Shown here piece after piece: positions 61,646 to 64,000 of a stretch of DNA of 64,000 bases. This DNA comes from Mobula hypostoma. Lineage: Eukaryota. Below the pieces are notes generated by a model that worked only from the letters and a program-made list of their open reading frames with translations, searched no databases and was not told the origin of the DNA. A program made the position numbers and the translations under genes. The DNA lies in contig NC_086097.1 of the NCBI RefSeq assembly GCF_963921235.1, positions 145,516,001-145,580,000 on the forward strand, in the 5' to 3' direction. Within the stretch, counting starts at the first letter, position 1; the number at the start of each line of letters is the position of its first letter.

Positions 61646-63203
61646 TACAAGGAAGGCGACAGGCCCAGATGGTGTCCCGGGACGGGATCTCCTGGCCTGT
61701 GCAAGTGAGCTAGCTGGAGTGTTTCCTGACATTTTCAACTGCTCCTGGCTTCAGTCTAAGATCCCCTCGTGTTTTAAGAAGGCAACGACAATCCCGGTGC
61801 CGAAGAAGAGCAAGGTGGCATGCCTGAATGACTGTTGACCTGTGGCTCTGGCATCAATTGCTATGAAGTGCTTCGAGAGATTGGTTTTGGCGCACATCAA
61901 GCACAGCCTACTGGTCAACCTCGACACTTTGCAATTCGCCTACCGGAGCAACAGGTCAACGGCAGATGCCATTTCTCTGGCCCTACATTACTCCTTAGTA
62001 CACCTGGAGAGTAAAGACACATATGTAAAGCTCCTTTTCATTGACTACAGCTCTGCCTTTAATACCATCATTCCAAATAAACTGATTCCTAAGCTCCGGA
62101 ATCTGGGCCTTAGCACTCAGATCTGCAGCTGGATCTTCAACTTCCTCACAGACAGGACCCAGGCTGTAAAAACAGGGGACAAGCTCTCCTCGTCAATCAC
62201 TCTGAGCACCGGTGCCCCACAAGGCTGTGTACTTAGCTCCCTGCTGTACTCACTGTACACCCATGATTGTATAGCTAAGTTTCCATCGAACTCAATATAC
62301 AAGTTTGCTGATGACACCACAATTGTAGGCTGTATCTCGGGTAATGATGAGTTTGAGTACAGAGAGGAAATTAAGAACTTGGTGGCATGGTGCGAAGACA
62401 ATAACCTATCCCTCAATGTCAGCAAGAGGAAGGAATTGGTTGTTGACTTCAGAAGGAGTAGCAGACCGCACCACCCCATTTACATTGGTGGTGTGCAAGT
62501 GGAACAGGTCAAAAGCTTTAAGTTCCTCGGGGTCAATATCACAAATGACCTGACTTGGTCCAACCAAGCAGAGTCCACTGCCAAGAAGGCCCACCAGCGC
62601 CTTTACTTCCTGAGGAAGCTAAAGAAATTTGGCCTGTCCCCTCAAACCCTCACTAATTTTTATAGATGCACCGTAGAAAGCAGTCTTCTGGGGCGCATTA
62701 CAACCTGGTATCGAAGTCGTCCTGTCCAAGACCAGAAGAAGCTGCAGAAGATCGTGAATACAACCCAGCACGTCACACAAACCAATCTTCCATCCTTGGA
62801 CTCACTTTACACCACACGCTGTTGGAGCAGTGCTGCCAGGATAATCAAGGGCACGACCCACCCAACCAACACACTTTTCGTCCCTCTTCCCTCCGGGAGA
62901 AGGCTCAGGAGCTTGAAGACTCATACGGCCAGATTTGGGAACAGCTTCTTTTCAACTGTGATAAGACTGCTGAACGGACCCGGATCTGGGCCGTACCCTC
63001 CAAATATCCAGACATGCCTCTCGGTTTTTTTTGAACTACCTTACTTTCCATTTTTCTATTTTCTATTTTCTATTTATGATTTATAATTTATATTTTTAAT
63101 ATTTACTATTGATTTGTGCACCAGGGAGCACGAAGCGCAGAATCAAATATCGCTGTGATGATTGTACGCTCTAGTATCAATTGTTTGGCGACAATAAAGT
63201 ATA
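61646..63203 (+). mobile_element. Young Rex1/Babar LINE, 5'-truncated, with a long RT ORF (61842..63086)
   Basis: [49 protein letters not shown] and YKFADDTT motifs; in-frame stop just upstream of 61842; 3' end gacaataaagtataa. Confidence 0.93.
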
Positions 63204-64000
63204 ATTTATATTTCATTGTTTTTTGCTACCTAACTTTAAGAAAAAGATCTTGTCTGTCCATCCCATCCAATATGTAAATCTTGAAATCTTGAAAAGAATA
63301 CAAGTCTGATCTTTGTACCTTATCTTCATATCTTAACCGTTTATCCCTTGCTTCCCCCATGATTCATCCAGTGACCCATGACCACATTTTATAAGTAATT
63401 AATGAAGAAAATCAGGTTAATTGAAAAGGGTTTTTCTTGCAGCTGTCTATAGCGGGCTTCTGGATGTGTGAAGTCAAAAAAACAAGCACTGGCTGTGAAT
63501 CTTGCCACTGTAATAGAAATACCCTAGTTTGTTATTTCCTTAGTTCTGTTGCTGATGTGCATGTATTCCATTTCTTAATTAAACTTGTGTCATATTGTGC
63601 AATATTGTTAGCACTTCAGGCCTGTTGAGATACAGCTTACATTATCCCTTAATATATTTCTGCTTGTATGTTATATTTTTTCTGCTTGTTCTCCTATGTC
63701 AATACATATCTTGATGCCAGGCAATAAGACTTAAAGTACAATTTGTAAATTGTTTACAAAGACCAGGGGAGATAAGTACAGTGCAAATAATAGATTAAAT
63801 AGTATAATTTGATTAGCAGTTCGAATAAAAGCTGACCTATAGGCAAAAATAGGCTGTTGACATCAAGAATTTGCATTGGAATTGTCTGTTGTTATTTAAA
63901 ATATAATCTAGTTGTAGAGTTCTGTTTAGATGTTACACCAGGTGAGTAATGAATACTGAGAGAAGATGGCATAAAAAAAATTGTACTAATTGTTCAGTTT

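Noticed and set aside
61245..64000. Next SCAP exon beginning LADL
   Set aside because: No matching exon was found before the end of the window.

Overview
Vertebrate genomic DNA. The repeat content (CR1, Rex1/Babar, Penelope, V-SINE) suggests a cartilaginous fish, probably a ray, but that is inference. The only host gene found is SCAP (SREBP cleavage-activating protein) on the + strand. Ten coding exons from the ATG at 11848 to 61244 splice in frame with GT-AG sites into 448 codons, covering TM1, luminal loop 1 and the sterol-sensing domain, and ending at ME of the MELADL motif. The promoter and first exon appear to lie upstream of the window, and the rest of the gene lies downstream. The introns are packed with nested, mostly decayed transposons: CR1, L1, Rex1/Babar, RTE, Hero, Penelope, Tc1, Tigger/pogo, hAT, Harbinger, solo LTRs and SINEs. 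Most interesting signals: (1) a repeated minimal hammerhead-ribozyme motif in Penelope terminal repeats, some inserted as 150-190 bp fold-back mini-elements with long target-site duplications (TSDs); (2) a rearranged hammerhead-like fold in the 3' UTR of a Hero-type retrotransposon; (3) DNA transposons closely resembling human MER2 and MER1/Charlie3, suggesting horizontal transfer; (4) two ATG-TGA start-stop elements in the SCAP 5' UTR; (5) long intronic inverted repeats bracketing SCAP exons.
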